64,000 bases of DNA from Eledone cirrhosa. Lineage: Eukaryota. Made by a program: the position numbers and the translations under genes. The notes under the pieces are model-generated. The model was not told where the DNA came from, made no database searches, and worked only from the letters and a program-made list of their open reading frames with translations. Below, one piece after another: positions 1-13,543 of this stretch (the first letter of the stretch is position 1; each line of letters starts with the position of its first letter). The stretch is taken from NCBI GenBank assembly GCA_964016885.1, contig OZ024742.1, positions 38,440,001 to 38,504,000 of the forward strand, written 5' to 3'.

Positions 1-315
1 AGCATTGTGAAAAAACGTTAGAATTGTTTTGGGGAAAGCCAGAACAAAGCAAGTTAGAAATACAAGAGTAAAGTAAGAAAAACATTTCATGATATTTTGG
101 AGTTAGGATCTCTTTTTCAGAAGGGATGAAATGGAATGTGATGATAATAAGAAGAGATCCTTAGCTCAAAATATCATGAAAAATAAGATAAAAGTGTAAA
201 CTGTTGTTCTGTTTGTCTTACTTTACTCTAGTTTTCACTCTTGTATTTCTATCTAGCATTGCACTGGGCTTTCACAAAACAATCTTCACCATAAAATAAA
301 AAGGCAGGCACTTAC

Positions 316-467
316 GCAATAACAGAAAAAATGCAATTCTTACAGAATCGATGGCCACATTTTGTTTGCATTGGCTTTGACATCAAAGTTAAACAGATTG
401 GACAAATGAATCTCCGATTCACATCCTTTAAGTCTAGGTCTTCATCATCAAAAGTGTGCGACATCAT
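316..467 (-). CDS. First coding exon of a TRAF-family RING E3 ligase; gene continues off the left edge
   Basis: Manual translation MMSHTFDDEDLDLKDVNRRFICPICLTLMSKPMQTKCGHRFCKNCIFSVI has C3HC4 RING spacing typical of TRAF4/6 N-termini. Acceptor ttttacag/cag upstream, GTAAGT donor at 315. Not in the ORF track. Confidence 0.8.
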
Positions 468-2249
468 CTGCTGTAAAAGTAAAATATAAAAGTCTTAACT
501 CTTAACACCCTGTAACAATTTAGCAGAAAATATCTAAAAAAGTTTAGTCAAAGGCCTGACAACCTCCCTATTTCTGAGGCCCTGATTAAAATACACCCAG
601 ATCACTAAGAGTGCAGGAATGTTTGTAAGTGGAAACCATGTCCCCAGCCCATCTGAGAGGCCAGTAGCTTTGATTAAGTACTGACTTGGTCTATCATAAC
701 CTGTCTAACCATTCCTAGCAAGGAAAATGGCCGTTAAATGCTAATGACACACACACACAGTGAAATTATCCCTGAGTGAAATTTGCTATGGTATGAAAAT
801 ATAGCATATTAGCAACTAAACTGGCAGCCTGCTACCAAACATGCTTGATTATTTTTGGATACCCTACAAGATAAAAAAACAAAACTCATCAATGGATGGA
901 GAAATTCATGTGAGTCAATGGCTATCCATAGTGTGTATATCTGCTTGTGTATCTTATTCTAATCCTCTGCTGCTTTGTAGCCATGAAAAAGGCTTCAGGG
1001 GTAAACCTCAAGGAAAAATTGGAGTTAAGCTACTAAGGAGTTTCTGCAACCAAGTTAATCCCAAATGTATTACTCTGCTTTCCTTTTCAACACATTGGTG
1101 AGGCTGAGAGCAATTCTGTTGATTGGCCACTGCATGATATCCATACACCTCACCCAGGCTTGTTCCCTGAAGAGGTCACTCTAGTACTGCTGTTCTCAGT
1201 GTCTGAGGCAATACAGGAGGCAACAGTTATGAATTATAAATCCAGACCGATTGGCTGAAGTGACCATCTGTCCCATTGGTCAGCTATCACCTGCCTCAAG
1301 CTAGGCAGCCCCTAGCCATTAAGGTGCTGAGTCACCACAAATCTAACCTAGATGTGTCCTAGACTTTCCAATCATCTACAACAGATTGATGATTTCTCAC
1401 ACATAAAATGTAAAGGGCCTTTAACTCATCATGGAGTTGTAGGGGCAACAACATGGTGCCTCTACATATCTAAAACAGAGAATGTCTGTCTGTCCGATCA
1501 CTAAAACTCAAGAACCACCCAACCGATTGTTTTCAAACTTTACACATGTAATACTTATGGTCCTAGGGACTGCATTAGGCGATTTAGCGATCTTTCTCTA
1601 TAATTCTTAGTCTTTCTCTTTGGTTGTTTATTATTTTTTTTCGAATTTTTGGTTGTCAAAATTAGGGTGCATCTTCGAGGACAAAGCATCTTCAGCAGTG
1701 GGAAATATGGTATATATAATTTTTTTTGCTTTTGCTATATATTCCATTCTTGTCGGGTACTACTATGCTAGTCAATCAAAGGATGTAGAGTATTTTCCTC
1801 TCCCTTTCCCCCTTAAATTTAATTTTATCTACCTCTTTCCGTTTTCCCACTCTATTGTTTATTATTTTAAAATAAACTGTCATTATTATATATCATAAAT
1901 ATGTAAATAAAATGTTTCCATTCCATTTTGTTATAAATAATATTTGTAGACAGTTATGTTCTTTATAACTCAGTAATAGTTGACAGCAGGTCTGTTGTCC
2001 ATCATATTTTTAGCAGGTTAACAAAATTAATTGTGACTTCAAGGATGAACAACTGCCATTAAAGATAATTTAACTATGGAGGTTACAGATCAAGATAATT
2101 TCTAATTTAGGCACAAGGCTAGCAATACTTTTCGGAGGATGAGGAGTCGATTATATTCACCCTAGTTTTTGACTGGTACTTTATTTTATCGATCCCAGAA
2201 GGCAAAGTTGAGCTCGGTGCGATTTGCATGCAGCATGGATAAATGATTT

Positions 2250-4482
2250 CCAATTTATACACAAGGTCAGCAATTTATGGGGAGGGAAAAGTCAATTATA
2301 TCGACCCCAGTATTTGAGTGGTACTATATTTGATCGAACCCAAAAGGATGAAAGGCAAAGTTGACAATGACGGGATTTGAAATCAGAACGTAGAGGGCCG
2401 TAAGGAAATATCTTGTAGCAGTGGCCTACCTTGTTGTGACTCACAACCCCAATAGATTAACAACATCTAGACGGGAAGTAGACCCCTTTCTGTAACTTCC
2501 GGTCAGAACCCTATAAAACTAACAACTTTAAGTTCTCTGCCTCTCATTTGCCCTTCCGGCGCCTGGCCTTCGCCAGGCGTCTCGCGTTTGCCTGGCAATC
2601 AAAACGGTAACTACTAACTTTGCTTCATTCTATCATCTATTACTTTGACATGTCAACTATACTGTTCTATATATATCCATGATTGTTAATTAAATATTAT
2701 ACACACAAACCATGTCTCCTTGTTACATTCATACAACCCAGTACTTTCGCTATATTGGTAACCCTGACGTGATACGAACACGCAGCCTTTCATTGTTATA
2801 AGTGGTCACCCCGAAAAAAAAAAAAAATAGCATAATCTGGTGTTGTGTGAGTAACATTACGAATACACAGCAAATTTATTGACAAACTATGAAATACTCA
2901 AAGAAACGCACACACGCACATGTGAAATTCGCGTTCAGACAGACTTTTTCTCTCACGCATCAACTAACTGTCGCATTTCACGATATATATGTTTCTCGTT
3001 TCCTACAACGAACACTTTCAAAACAAAAAAAAAAAAAAAAAAAGAAAGAAATTTGATATTTTTTAAAAAACATTTCAACAGGAACATTTATTTTCGATGA
3101 ACCATTGCCTTTTTTTTTTTTCATCGTTTTCTTCATCGTTCAAGTTTTTTTTTTTTTTTTTTCCAAAGTTCACACCAATAATTATGCTAAGTGAAGCCTT
3201 TCTTTTTCATCATGGTCACTTTCACACTTGCACTATCATTTTCTCGCGCGTTAGAAATATTATTTTTTCAACCTAACTTAACCTTGTATTGGCACGTGTA
3301 GGCAGCACAAATTCTCGACTCACAGAGATATCTCGACTCACAGAGATAGCCGCACGCCAGAGATAACGTTTCTCGCCAAGGATTCTTCAGCCTTAAGCTA
3401 TATTCTCCTATTTGCCAGTTTAAAAATTTACCACGTAAATTTGCCGTTGAAAACTGCGCATTTATTCAGAATGCTTTTTTTCTTTGGTCGCTGGCCTCTT
3501 GACCCTTCCAGGTCAACGCATTCTCAACATCGACCATCAACTTCGGCTGTTATTTCTAGCACTTTGCGCAACTCATTTTTTCTGAAAAAAATTTTTTTTA
3601 CTGTGAATTTAAACACCGAATAATTCACTCCGCGAGACAACAACAGCAACACAGCTTCACCAACAACCAAAACCAGCAGAACAAGCCAGAGAATTTATTT
3701 TGCAGCACTCTTCCTGTGAGAAAATCCATTCGGCGGTTGGAAATTTCACGATATACCACAGAACAGAAACCACCTGCATTCATTCTCTGGAACACACTTT
3801 CTCTCCCGCTGTCATGTGATTGCACACCTGTGAACTATATTTTGTACATTTGAACTTTGAGCTCTTCTCTTACTTTATTACATTGTATCTTTGGGTGATG
3901 GATAGATAGAGGTCCAGTCGTTCTCTGGCCAAGAGCGGTTGGCTACCTTGACATCTATCATTGATTTTTGCAAACATTCTTTTGTCGTAATTTTCATGCC
4001 TGTTACAACATTCTCGCCAACTTGCTACATATTTCATTCGATTTTTATATTCTAAAATTCTGGCGGGAGGTTATGTAGCAGTGGCCTCCCTTGTGACTCA
4101 CAACCCCAATAGATTAACAACATCTAGACGGGAAGTAGAACCCTTTCTGTAACTTCCGGTCAGAACCCTATAAAACTAACAACTTTAAGTTCTCTGCCTC
4201 TCATTTGCCCTTCCAGGCGCCTGGCCTTCGCCAGGCGTCTGGCCTTCGCCAGGCGTCTCGCGTTTGCCTGGCAATCAAAACGGTAACTACTAACTTTGCT
4301 TCATTCTATCATCTATTACTTTGACATGTCAACTATACTGTTCTATATATATCCATGATTGTTAATTAAATATTATACACACAAACCATGTCTCCTTGTT
4401 ACATTCATACAACCCAGTACTTTCGCTATAATCTTAATGCATTTCATCCGACGCACTAACGATTCTACCAACCCACCGCCCC
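2250..4482 (-). mobile_element. SINE family A copy split by the LTR element at 2414-4430
   Basis: Body (ggatgaaaggcaaagttgac...gggatttgaaatcag) at 2250-2409; tRNA-like head (...ccaccgcc) resumes after 4434. Confidence 0.65.
2414..4430 (+). mobile_element. Non-autonomous LTR retroelement (TRIM/LARD-like)
   Basis: Near-identical LTRs 2414-2754 and 4074-4430 (TGTAGC...GCTATA), 4-bp TSD ATCT, tRNA-Trp-like PBS at 2756, purine tract before the 3' LTR, non-coding 1.3-kb interior. Confidence 0.9.
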
Positions 4483-4680
4483 GGTAGAGCGTCGGACAAC
4501 AAGCTTTACGGCATATAATCATGGCCCTTTACATTCCGAGTTGAAATCTCGTCGGGGTTAGCTTTGCATCCTTACGGGGGTCGATAAAATAAAGTACTAG
4601 TAACGCACAGGGGTCAATTTAATCGACTTGCCCTTTCCCTTCAAATTGATGGCCTTGTGCCAAAAGTAAAACCAATAATT
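4483..4680 (+). mobile_element. SINE family A copy
   Basis: B-box-like gagttgaaatc, core ggggtcgataaaataaagtac, tail ggccttgtgccaaaagta. Confidence 0.7.
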
Positions 4681-4820
4681 ATAATGTACTTTATAGCATC
4701 ATAAATCCATGAAATCGATGAAATGTTCATAGTCGCTATAATTGTCCGTTAATTTATACATTTGCCAGCAGTAGTACCCGACGTTAATCGAGAAAAAGAT
4801 GACTGGACAATTTCTTTGAA

Positions 4821-4940
4821 AATAATTGTTTCTACTTTTGGCACAAGGCCAGCAATAATCTCAGTGTATTACTGGTACATTATTTTATCAACCCAGTAAG
4901 GATGAAAGGCAAAGTTGCAACTCTGTACAAACATGGTTTG
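4821..4940 (-). mobile_element. SINE family A, 5'-truncated
   Basis: aataattgtttctacttttggcacaaggccagc...ggatgaaaggcaaag. Confidence 0.7.
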
Positions 4941-5189
4941 AAACATGTTTATAGTGTGTGTCCATGTCTTGAGTAGTAGTCCGGCAAATAAAGATGGAAA
5001 ATAATCGATTGAAATAAGTATTGGCATCAATATAATCGCCAATATATTGCCCCCATATAACTACGCAACAGTCGAATGACAAACCAGGGAAAATTCTAAT
5101 TCATTTATACTGTTATTGGTCATTTGTTTTGTTGATCGTGTGTGTATGGAACTAAAACATCACTGCACCTCACTACCCTTAAATCATGA

Positions 5190-5850
5190 ACAGCACACAA
5201 TGTCCAGAAGTGACGGCAAAAGACCTGACGGTCTTACCCTGTGCCCATGGTCGAGAGGCAGATGCCTTGTCTGCGACGTCACTGTTAGTGACTCTTTTGT
5301 TCTTTCCCACATCCTGGATGCTGCGGTTAGGACGAGAGCCACAGCTTCTGCAGCCGAGCGGGGTAAGACCCTCAATCTGTCGGCCAGCTACATTTTTCAG
5401 CCTGTGGCTTTCGAGACGTTTGGGGTAGTCGGGCCGCTGACTGCGAGGTTCGTTTCCTCACTGACGGCTCGCCTAATAGAGGTGACTGGCGAATCTCGCG
5501 AGGATGCTTGGCTGTTTCAGCGCATCAGCCTCGCCATCACCCGAGGCAACGCTGCGAGTGTGCTGGCTTGCCTAAAAAATCATTAGAGAGGTTGCCCAGT
5601 ACTCGCGACGTTGCCGTCTTTTGCTCTGGTGTTGGCTCCCTTCCTTTACATTTTCTTTAATATTGTAGCATTGAAGGAATATATCTTTCATTGTATCATC
5701 CTTTGTAGTGTTACCGACGCATTTGTAATGTTATTTATGTATATATTTAAAACATATTTGTTATGTTATTCTACATTATATGTGTTTATATTACCATTCT
5801 GTAAGAAGTAAAAATATTTTGTAATGTTATTTATATACAATTGTGAATAA
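5190..5850 (+). mobile_element. 3' fragment of a CRE-like non-LTR element (restriction-like endonuclease, REL)
   Basis: DGKRPDGLTLCPW...DVTV...FQPVAFETFG...LFQRISLAITRGNAASVL. The 3' UTR end (atattttgtaatgttattta...gtgaat) is shared with 9912-9945. Confidence 0.75.
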
Positions 5851-7667
5851 ATTGCAAACGGTATTAGAAGAGCCCTCTTGTTCCAAATTCTCGGCCTCGT
5901 TGTTGCTAAAGGTCTCTCATAGCGAACGGACATCCTGCACATAACTAGAACTATATCTAAACGACTGGCCTTTCTCTTCAAAAACAAAGTACTTCACCAG
6001 CACCCCCTACCGCAACAAATTCTGACATCTAGAGAGCTCAGCTAAGACTCACAATGAACTACTGCTCCCACACATACAAACAACTTAGACCGCATCCAAA
6101 AAAAAAAAAGACCGTCTGATTGGCATAAAGTCGCTGACAGGCACTCCTTATTTCTAGCTCCTGGTATCTGGCTGACCTTTACTCCGGCCTTACTCCTCAC
6201 CATTCTTTGCACTACGCCCAGCCCTTCCAGCACTCCAGAATTCTTTCCTAACAAATATTTTTCATACAGGAGGCAACATGCAACAATTTAAACTGAACAT
6301 CAACAGCTTCAATCCCATCGGTCTCAGAGGGCCTGCAAAGGTTATGGGCACAGTCCCTTCCTCCACACCTAGTAAATAGTTCGTAAATCAATTAATTTAA
6401 TTAAAAATAGTAACACACAACCACAAAAGCATCAATTTCATCCAAACATTTACATACACCCATGTAACGTGAACAATATACCTATTGTCTCCGTTTTTTT
6501 AATGAAATTTACTATTGGTGCGCGATAAATTCTTTAAATGTCAAAGAAAATGTTTTAAAATATTAAGAGAGCGGTTAGATATTACAAAAAAGAAATGTGG
6601 GGGGGGAGATAAATATATAGTTTTAGTAAGAAAGTATGTTCGTTACGGCAACATTAGTCTTTGAGGGAAATAAGAGTGAAAATGTGTGTGGGGGGGGGGG
6701 GGGGGCATATAAAAAGGAATAGTTAGCGAAGGAAAGAGCAAATGATAAATGAAAGGAGAGGTAAAATTTAAGTGTGGTAGGAGGAGAGTAACAAAAAATT
6801 CTAACATAAAAATTGGAAAGAGGAGGGGGGAGATGGGGACATACACACAGATTAACTTTCACAAATATATAATAAAAATTGGTGGGTTACGATGGAATGT
6901 TGGCAGGGCTGTAGCCCGGTGCCTACAATATATAAAGGGCCCCCAAATATTTTTGCCACCATGAATAAGTCAGCTAGGGACCCCATGCTAGCTTAATCCG
7001 CTTGATATTTGATGGCATGCAATGCCAGATATAGACATGAACTAAAACACAAGCTATATCTTTGAACCTCGGAATAATTAAAAGCCATATGCGTTTTTAA
7101 TCTTTGTAAGACCTGGCGTAATTTTTTTTTTAACGAGAGGCCGCCAAGCTGTATACAGCTTAGGACATTACTAAAGTTTGAATCTGGCATTGATGACATG
7201 GTTAAAAACGAAAGGTGTGATGTAATTTTAAAAGAATCGATAAATAAATTAATAAATACGATGTCAACGATACTTAAAATATAAGAATTTTAGAAATACA
7301 TAGAAACATTAAACCCTTTCGTTATATATTTCTCATATATAATTTTCGAACCATTAAAAACATTAAGAATTTGAAGGGATTTAGTAATATAACTCTCACT
7401 CAGTTGGTGTTTGGAACATACATGTTCATACATAAAATTACGATGGACGATTTTTAGATAAATTAAACACTTTAGAATAAAGTTTTGTATTGTAGAATCA
7501 AGAACTGTTTCAAGCAATATGGTTTCAAATAGTTAAGTTGGTGTTTGGAACATAATAAATGTTTTTACATAAAATTATGACGGATGGTTTTTTATATAAT
7601 AATGAAATTATTGTGTACAGTGCTCAGGTGCACTACAACTCATCAAAGGTGCATGTATAGTACATAG

Positions 7668-7785
7668 AATAATTGTTTCTACTTTAGGCACAAGGCCAGC
7701 AATTACCCAGTGCATTACTGGTACTTTATTTTATCGACCCCGTAAGGATGAAAGGCAAAGTAAACCTCGGCGGGATTTGAACACA
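7668..7785 (-). mobile_element. SINE family A, 5'-truncated, with TSD
   Basis: Flanked by duplicated tatagtacatagaataat. Confidence 0.8.
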
Positions 7786-8299
7786 ATTTTATAGTACATA
7801 GAATAATGTACAAATGTCAGGAAAATGAACAGTGTATGAGTCATGATATAATAATAATAATAATAATGAAATATTAACATAAATTATAAACACTTTCAAA
7901 CAAATAGTATTGTATTGTAGAATCAGAGGCGGTTCGTTATCAAAAGGGTTAAGAAATAATAATTAAGATACATAGAATTCCGAGAAAAAAACAATATACG
8001 AGTGAATTACCGAAGCTTACTTAGTTTCTCAACACTTTGAAGATCTTCCTGCTGATTGTTCACACCTTAGAATATTCCCGCCGTTTCTCTTCATCACTTT
8101 ATCACACCCACACATCGTAATGACAAATCCATTATTGGTTTTTGTAATACACATTTGCTTTCAACGGTTCCTGGGCTCAAATTCAGTGATACACTATTCT
8201 GCTTAAATTATTTATTTCAATATATTTTCAAATAGTATTTCCACTGTTACTCTTCATTGCTTCATCACACGTCATAATGAGAATTTCATTATTTATATA

Positions 8300-8445
8300 A
8301 ATTATGGTTTCTAATTTAGACACAAAGCCAGCAATTTGTAGAGAGGGGAAAGTCGAGTACTTTACTATATCGACCCCGAAAGGATGAAAGGCGAAGTTGA
8401 TCTCGTTGGAGTTTGAATATAAAGGGTCGTAACTAAATGCCACAA
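8300..8445 (-). mobile_element. SINE family A, diverged
   Basis: tatcgaccccgaaaggatgaaaggcgaagttga core. Confidence 0.6.
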
Positions 8446-9489
8446 AGCAGAAAGAAAGTAATCTGAGGAAAAAAATGACAGAAAACAACAAACAGAAAAA
8501 GTGGGATATGTACACTGAATTACATACCACGATAGGGAATGATTATATTTCCTTTTAAATATTTTAAAGGTAAGCCAAGACATTCAAGGCATTACCACGG
8601 TAAGACCAGTTAATAGCGAAGGTAAGACGCTGGAACAGCCAAGCACCCTTGGGAATATCTGATACAACGTTATGGACAAATTATAGAACAACTAAGGTGC
8701 TGGAATAGCCAAGTACCTTCAACAGCATCACTTGATACATCGGTAAGACCGGATGATAGCAAGGTTAAGGTGCTTGGCTATTCCAGCGCCTTAGACTCGC
8801 TATCACCCAGCCGTACTGGCATATCAGATGATGCTACAAATGTGTTGGCTTACCTAATAAAATATTAGGAGCCCTTGTGGTGTGTGATCGAGTGTGTGGG
8901 TCTTCCTCCACTCTTTACTTCTTTATTATCCCCTCCTTTTTTCTTCCTCATTATTCCGTTTTTAGCACTATATATCTGCATGGTCTTACGCTTATTAAAA
9001 TATATTATGAAATCATCTCGAGCATTTATTATAAAATAAAAAAAACGATTGACATATACATAAATATATCAAACATTAACAGGAGATAATTTGTAAAGAC
9101 GGGAAAGGCAAGGGCTCTAGGGTCACAGAAGAATGGGGAGATGGAAGGAGGAGGGTGATGGGCTCTAGGCCTAGGGCATGTAAAACCTTTTTTGAATAAG
9201 GACCGCGTTGTCAGTGACCCAGTTCCCCCCAAAAGTCTCGAACACCACAGACTAAAAGAATAAAACAAAAAATACTATTTTAGAAAATTTATTCCACTCG
9301 ACTACGGATTCAGTGACCCTTACCTTTGTCACAGCATCAAAGATATGGGAAGGAATAATAAATGAATTATCTCAACTTTAATAACTTCAAATATGATATT
9401 TTTATGATATCTTAATAAAATGAAAACAATATTTGGGTTTAAAATAGTGAAAAGTAGACCGAGGCTTACAAATATCTGGCCACTTCTTC

Positions 9490-9960
9490 GCACCGATCGC
9501 TGTCGAGACCTCAGGCGTCCTCGGGCCCGTATTGCCGAGCTCCTTCATAAAATCGGATCGTCAGCAGCCCGTCTGAGGAAGGACCCCTGCAAGGTGGGGT
9601 GGCTGTTGCAGCGAGTGTCGCTGGCCATTGTTCACGGAAATTCCTTTGCAGTTTTGTCCGCGGGGCTCAGCCCAAGCACCGCCGCGCCCCGTCCAGGCAT
9701 AAAGCTTATCACCCCCTTCTCTTACTCTCCCTTTCTTCCGCGGCCTCATAATCCTTGCTTTTCCCCTCATTTTCCTCTTATTTATGGTATTTATAGTCCT
9801 ATCTACTTTCCTATATAGTCAGATCTCATTAACCCCCCCCCCCCCCCACCTCTGTTCGTTGCTTGGTTTTGTTTTTATCCTTTTTTTTCTTTTTCTTTCA
9901 TATATCCATCAATATTTGTAATGTTATTTACACAACCGTGAATTGATTTACTAAGAATAA
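9490..9960 (+). mobile_element. CRE-like non-LTR 3' fragment
   Basis: WLLQRVSLAIVHGNSFAVL matches the C-terminus of the 5190 element. Confidence 0.6.
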
Positions 9961-10865
9961 AACATCTTATTGGTTTACAAATTATAAAAGAAGAAAGGAA
10001 ATTAAACGAATAAAATCTAAATTGAATCTAGTATTGGTGACCAGTGGTAGATTAAGCTCTACATTCATCAAAATAAAATAATTTCACCTTACAGTTTGAT
10101 GGGTTGACGAACCTAGTGTTAGACACTTCTTGCTCTGACCACACGTTTTTCTACTACAAAGTTCACACTCACCCTCACTACTAACTCGACTATTAAGCCT
10201 ACAGTTTTCACTACAGTCCACACTTTTCCACACCAAAACATGTAACAGGTCATAACGTCACACGATCCTTTCCGCCCCTTTGAATATTTCTAAAACGCTG
10301 CCACGTGGAAAAGATGTTTATTTATTGATCGTAGGAAATCATTAGATATTTTGTATAAAACTGCGACCTTTTAAGGTTCAGTAATGCCCCTCTCTAATGC
10401 CCTCGGCGGCTGCCCAAGTGGCCTTAATGGTAGTGCTTGCTCTGCTTACAAAAACCCACCACACTTCTTAATGTATTAGAATTTGCCTCTCCATGTGGCA
10501 CTCGAAGTTACCCAATTTTATTAAATTTAATGTGATCAGATGCTACCTCGGACTCTACTTGTTATTGTTTTGCCAAAGGTCAACTCTATAACCATTCAGT
10601 TTCTGTATTTTTTTTCAGATCAACTTATCTAGGATTACATTATCCAATACATCTTTCTTTTTTAAAACAATGGGGTGCGATATGAGGAATAGTTGGCTTC
10701 TATTTCTAGCCGGTTGAGTGACCACGTAGTGGCTCTCTTTCTACTCCGCCAGACTTCACTTATGCTGACAGCTTATTTAATGCATACTTGAAAAACTTAG
10801 TAATCGCAATGAAAGGTCCAGGGGAAGTAACTCGAATAAGCAGTATGAAATTAATACTTAGAAAC

Positions 10866-11050
10866 TGGATTGGCAGTATAGATAGAGGGTCGGACGCCAT
10901 GTTCCAGCATAGTTACGTCCCTTTACGATCTGAGTTCAAACCGCGCCGAGTCAACCTGACTTTGCCTTTCATCTTTAGGGGGTCGATAAAATCAAGTACC
11001 AGTAATGTACTGGGTAATTGCTGGCCTTGTGCCAAAAGTAGAAACAATTA
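10866..11050 (+). mobile_element. SINE family A, near full length
   Basis: tggattggcagtata...gagttcaaa (A/B boxes) through gtagaaacaattat. Confidence 0.8.
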
Positions 11051-11896
11051 TGTTAGCGATAGCGTGGAGTGTAATTTAATTTTTGGAAACGTGTTGGTAT
11101 GCCATATAAACCGGATATATAAACAAACTGGGAAATTACGTTTTAATAAATCAAGGGTTTGCATAAGAGAAACCATAAAGTTTAAGCCTTCTGAAATCAA
11201 GGCTAATGTCTCATTGCCATGCAACATTACAGTTTGTATGCAAGTACTATACAGTCTATCTACACTTTGTTGTCAGCAGAAATACTATCTCCCTAGACTT
11301 CTTCCAGCCCATTCTTATTCTGACTACTACTCTTTCAAAGCATCCTCCCCCACTGCTGACTAGATCCCCTAGGTAACAAAAACTGTCAACAACTTCTATG
11401 AAGCCTCTACTGCAATTGATGGAGTTGTGTGCTCTTAATGCTTATTACTTCTTTGTTTCTTTCACCCCTCCCCTGTATTTCACTCTCTTCTGACTATTCC
11501 CACTCTCTTACCATCCCCTTTCCTTAAAGACTTGTTACAGAAAAACATTTCGGTGTTGCTACAACCACTGTCTCTGACACAGTCTTACCAACCTTTTGCA
11601 GTGGCTCACGTTTTACACAAAAGATCTTTTTCCATGGTACCTGAATTTTTAAATCTGATTCTGGATATTTTCATGCAACTGATTCAGAAAATACTACCCA
11701 TTTTGTTCCAGCAGCTCTAGTTGTTCAGGTATTGCATATACCATTATCTACTTTATTACCCTACTGAAATGGTATTATGAGTTGCTTGTAAATTTAAATA
11801 CTTCTGTATAATTAAATTGTAGTTATAATTTTGCTGATGTTACTGTTTTGCATGTGTATTGAACATGTACTAATGTGAATTATTTCTTGTTACAGG

Positions 11897-12489
11897 TTTC
11901 ATGATGAAAATGTCTCTTCTTTGTAAACTTGGCTGTAAAATGAGCATTAAGCTGCTTTACCGCCATAGCTATTTGGATCATTTCCCAGATAACCTCAGTG
12001 ATCTAAGTGAGGAACAAGGTGAATGATTTCACCAAGAACTAAGGACCAACAAAGAACATTACCATGGATTATAGGATACTCACATGATGGCGGATTACTG
12101 CTGAAAGATCCAACATGAATGTCCAGGCACATCTCATCCAAGGAAATCTTGGAAATGTGGTTTATGTGAGATGTCTCACCGAAAAACCTTTTTATGTTGT
12201 TGTTGTTGATGTCTCAAGCTTGTTTGAATTTAATTCTTAGTTTTTGTACCTTATACTTGTTTGATGTCAATACACTATTTTTGTTGACATTCATCATACT
12301 TTTGTATTCAATTGACTACAAAAGTGATTGACAGTCAGCAGTTATATATTATATACATTACATATAAATACCATATTTTGACAAGCAAAGCTGATGAAGA
12401 AAAACTGCTGTCATTTTTTGAAACAGCAACCTCAGTATACCCAGAAACAGGTCTAACATCTAAGTCACCAAAAGTTGTCTTCTCCAGTG
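11897..12489 (+). mobile_element. Degenerate Chapaev3-like (CMC) DNA transposon, 3' portion
   Basis: Translates KLGCKMSIK..HSYLDHFPDNLSDLSEEQGE*FHQE...MMADYC* with stops; ends in CAGTG followed by TAA. Confidence 0.6.
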
Positions 12490-12496
12490 TAATAGA

Positions 12497-12540
<44 letters not shown>

Positions 12541-12543
<3 letters not shown>

Positions 12544-13420
12544 ACTATATAGAGCATTTGTAGATTTTTCCAAATTGAAGGATAAGTATTTACCCTTAAT
12601 TTTATTCTGAGTTAAGCCTCTATTGGTTTTTTCCCTGGATTACACAAAATCTGTGGAAAAAATTTCTGTCTTGACTTTTTTTGAATTGAGATTGAATTAT
12701 TTTTCCCATATCTTACGTTAAATATTTTCCATCTTGACGTAATAGTCACTTATATATATGAATTACTGTTGGCTTCTTGCTCACATTAATTTCTCTATTT
12801 TCATTTATATTTATACTCGGAATTTTTCCTAGAGTGCTTAAAATTATTTGTGACTAATCCCGTTTTTTTTTTTTAAAAACGCGATAATATTGCTTTATGC
12901 TGAACTCCATACCTTTGTTGAGTTTTTTTCGGAATGTTTTGACTGCTGTTTCTTGTTAACAGTCATTTGTCTCATTCTGACGTCACTAGCCCTGTTCTCC
13001 ATGTGTGTTTATTATCTTAATTCCACACAAGGTGTAACTAGCCTGCTTTTAAATTCCCTTTTGGCATATTTTAGCTGTGGATCTTAGTTATCACGTTGAG
13101 CTCTACTGATGAACGATTCCAACCGTGACTAACCCCACTGAAAAGTTTCGTGAAATAGTCTTTTTAAGACTATATAGAGCATTTGTAGATTTTTCCAAAT
13201 TGAAGGATAAATATTTACCCTTAATTTTATTCTGAGTTAAGACTCTATTGGTTTTTTTCCCTGGATTACACAAAATCTGTGGGTAAAATTTCTGTCTTGA
13301 CTTTTTTTGAATTGAGATTGAATTATTTTTCCCATATCTTACGTTAAATATTTTCCATCTTAATGTAATAGTCACTTATATATATGAATTACTGTTGGCT
13401 TCTTGCTCACATTAATTTCT
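12541..13420 (+). mobile_element. Non-coding PLE/retrozyme-like unit with ~255-bp direct repeats
   Basis: 12541-12795 is repeated at 13166-13420 (period 625 nt), with a hammerhead at the second repeat and (TA)n on both sides. Confidence 0.7.
13100..13180 (+). ncRNA. Type I hammerhead ribozyme
   Basis: Stem I gctcta/tagagc; CTGATGA; stem II acga/tcgt; GAAA; stem III tagtctt/aagacta; predicted cleavage after TA at 13174. Confidence 0.85.
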
Positions 13421-13543
13421 CATATATATATATATATATGAATGTATGTATAGTATATTTGGTAATATACTATACATACATTCATGTATACATCGTTATT
13501 TCAGAGCACCAATTCTAATACCATATATATATATATATATATA

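Noticed and set aside
8580-8850. Repeated gaatagccaagtacc-type motifs in both orientations (also 45760-45930)
   Set aside because: Probably an old MITE; no clear termini or TSD, and no regular repeat-spacer structure, so not CRISPR.
10788-11363. 191-aa ORF
   Set aside because: It runs through a SINE A copy and has no recognisable domain.
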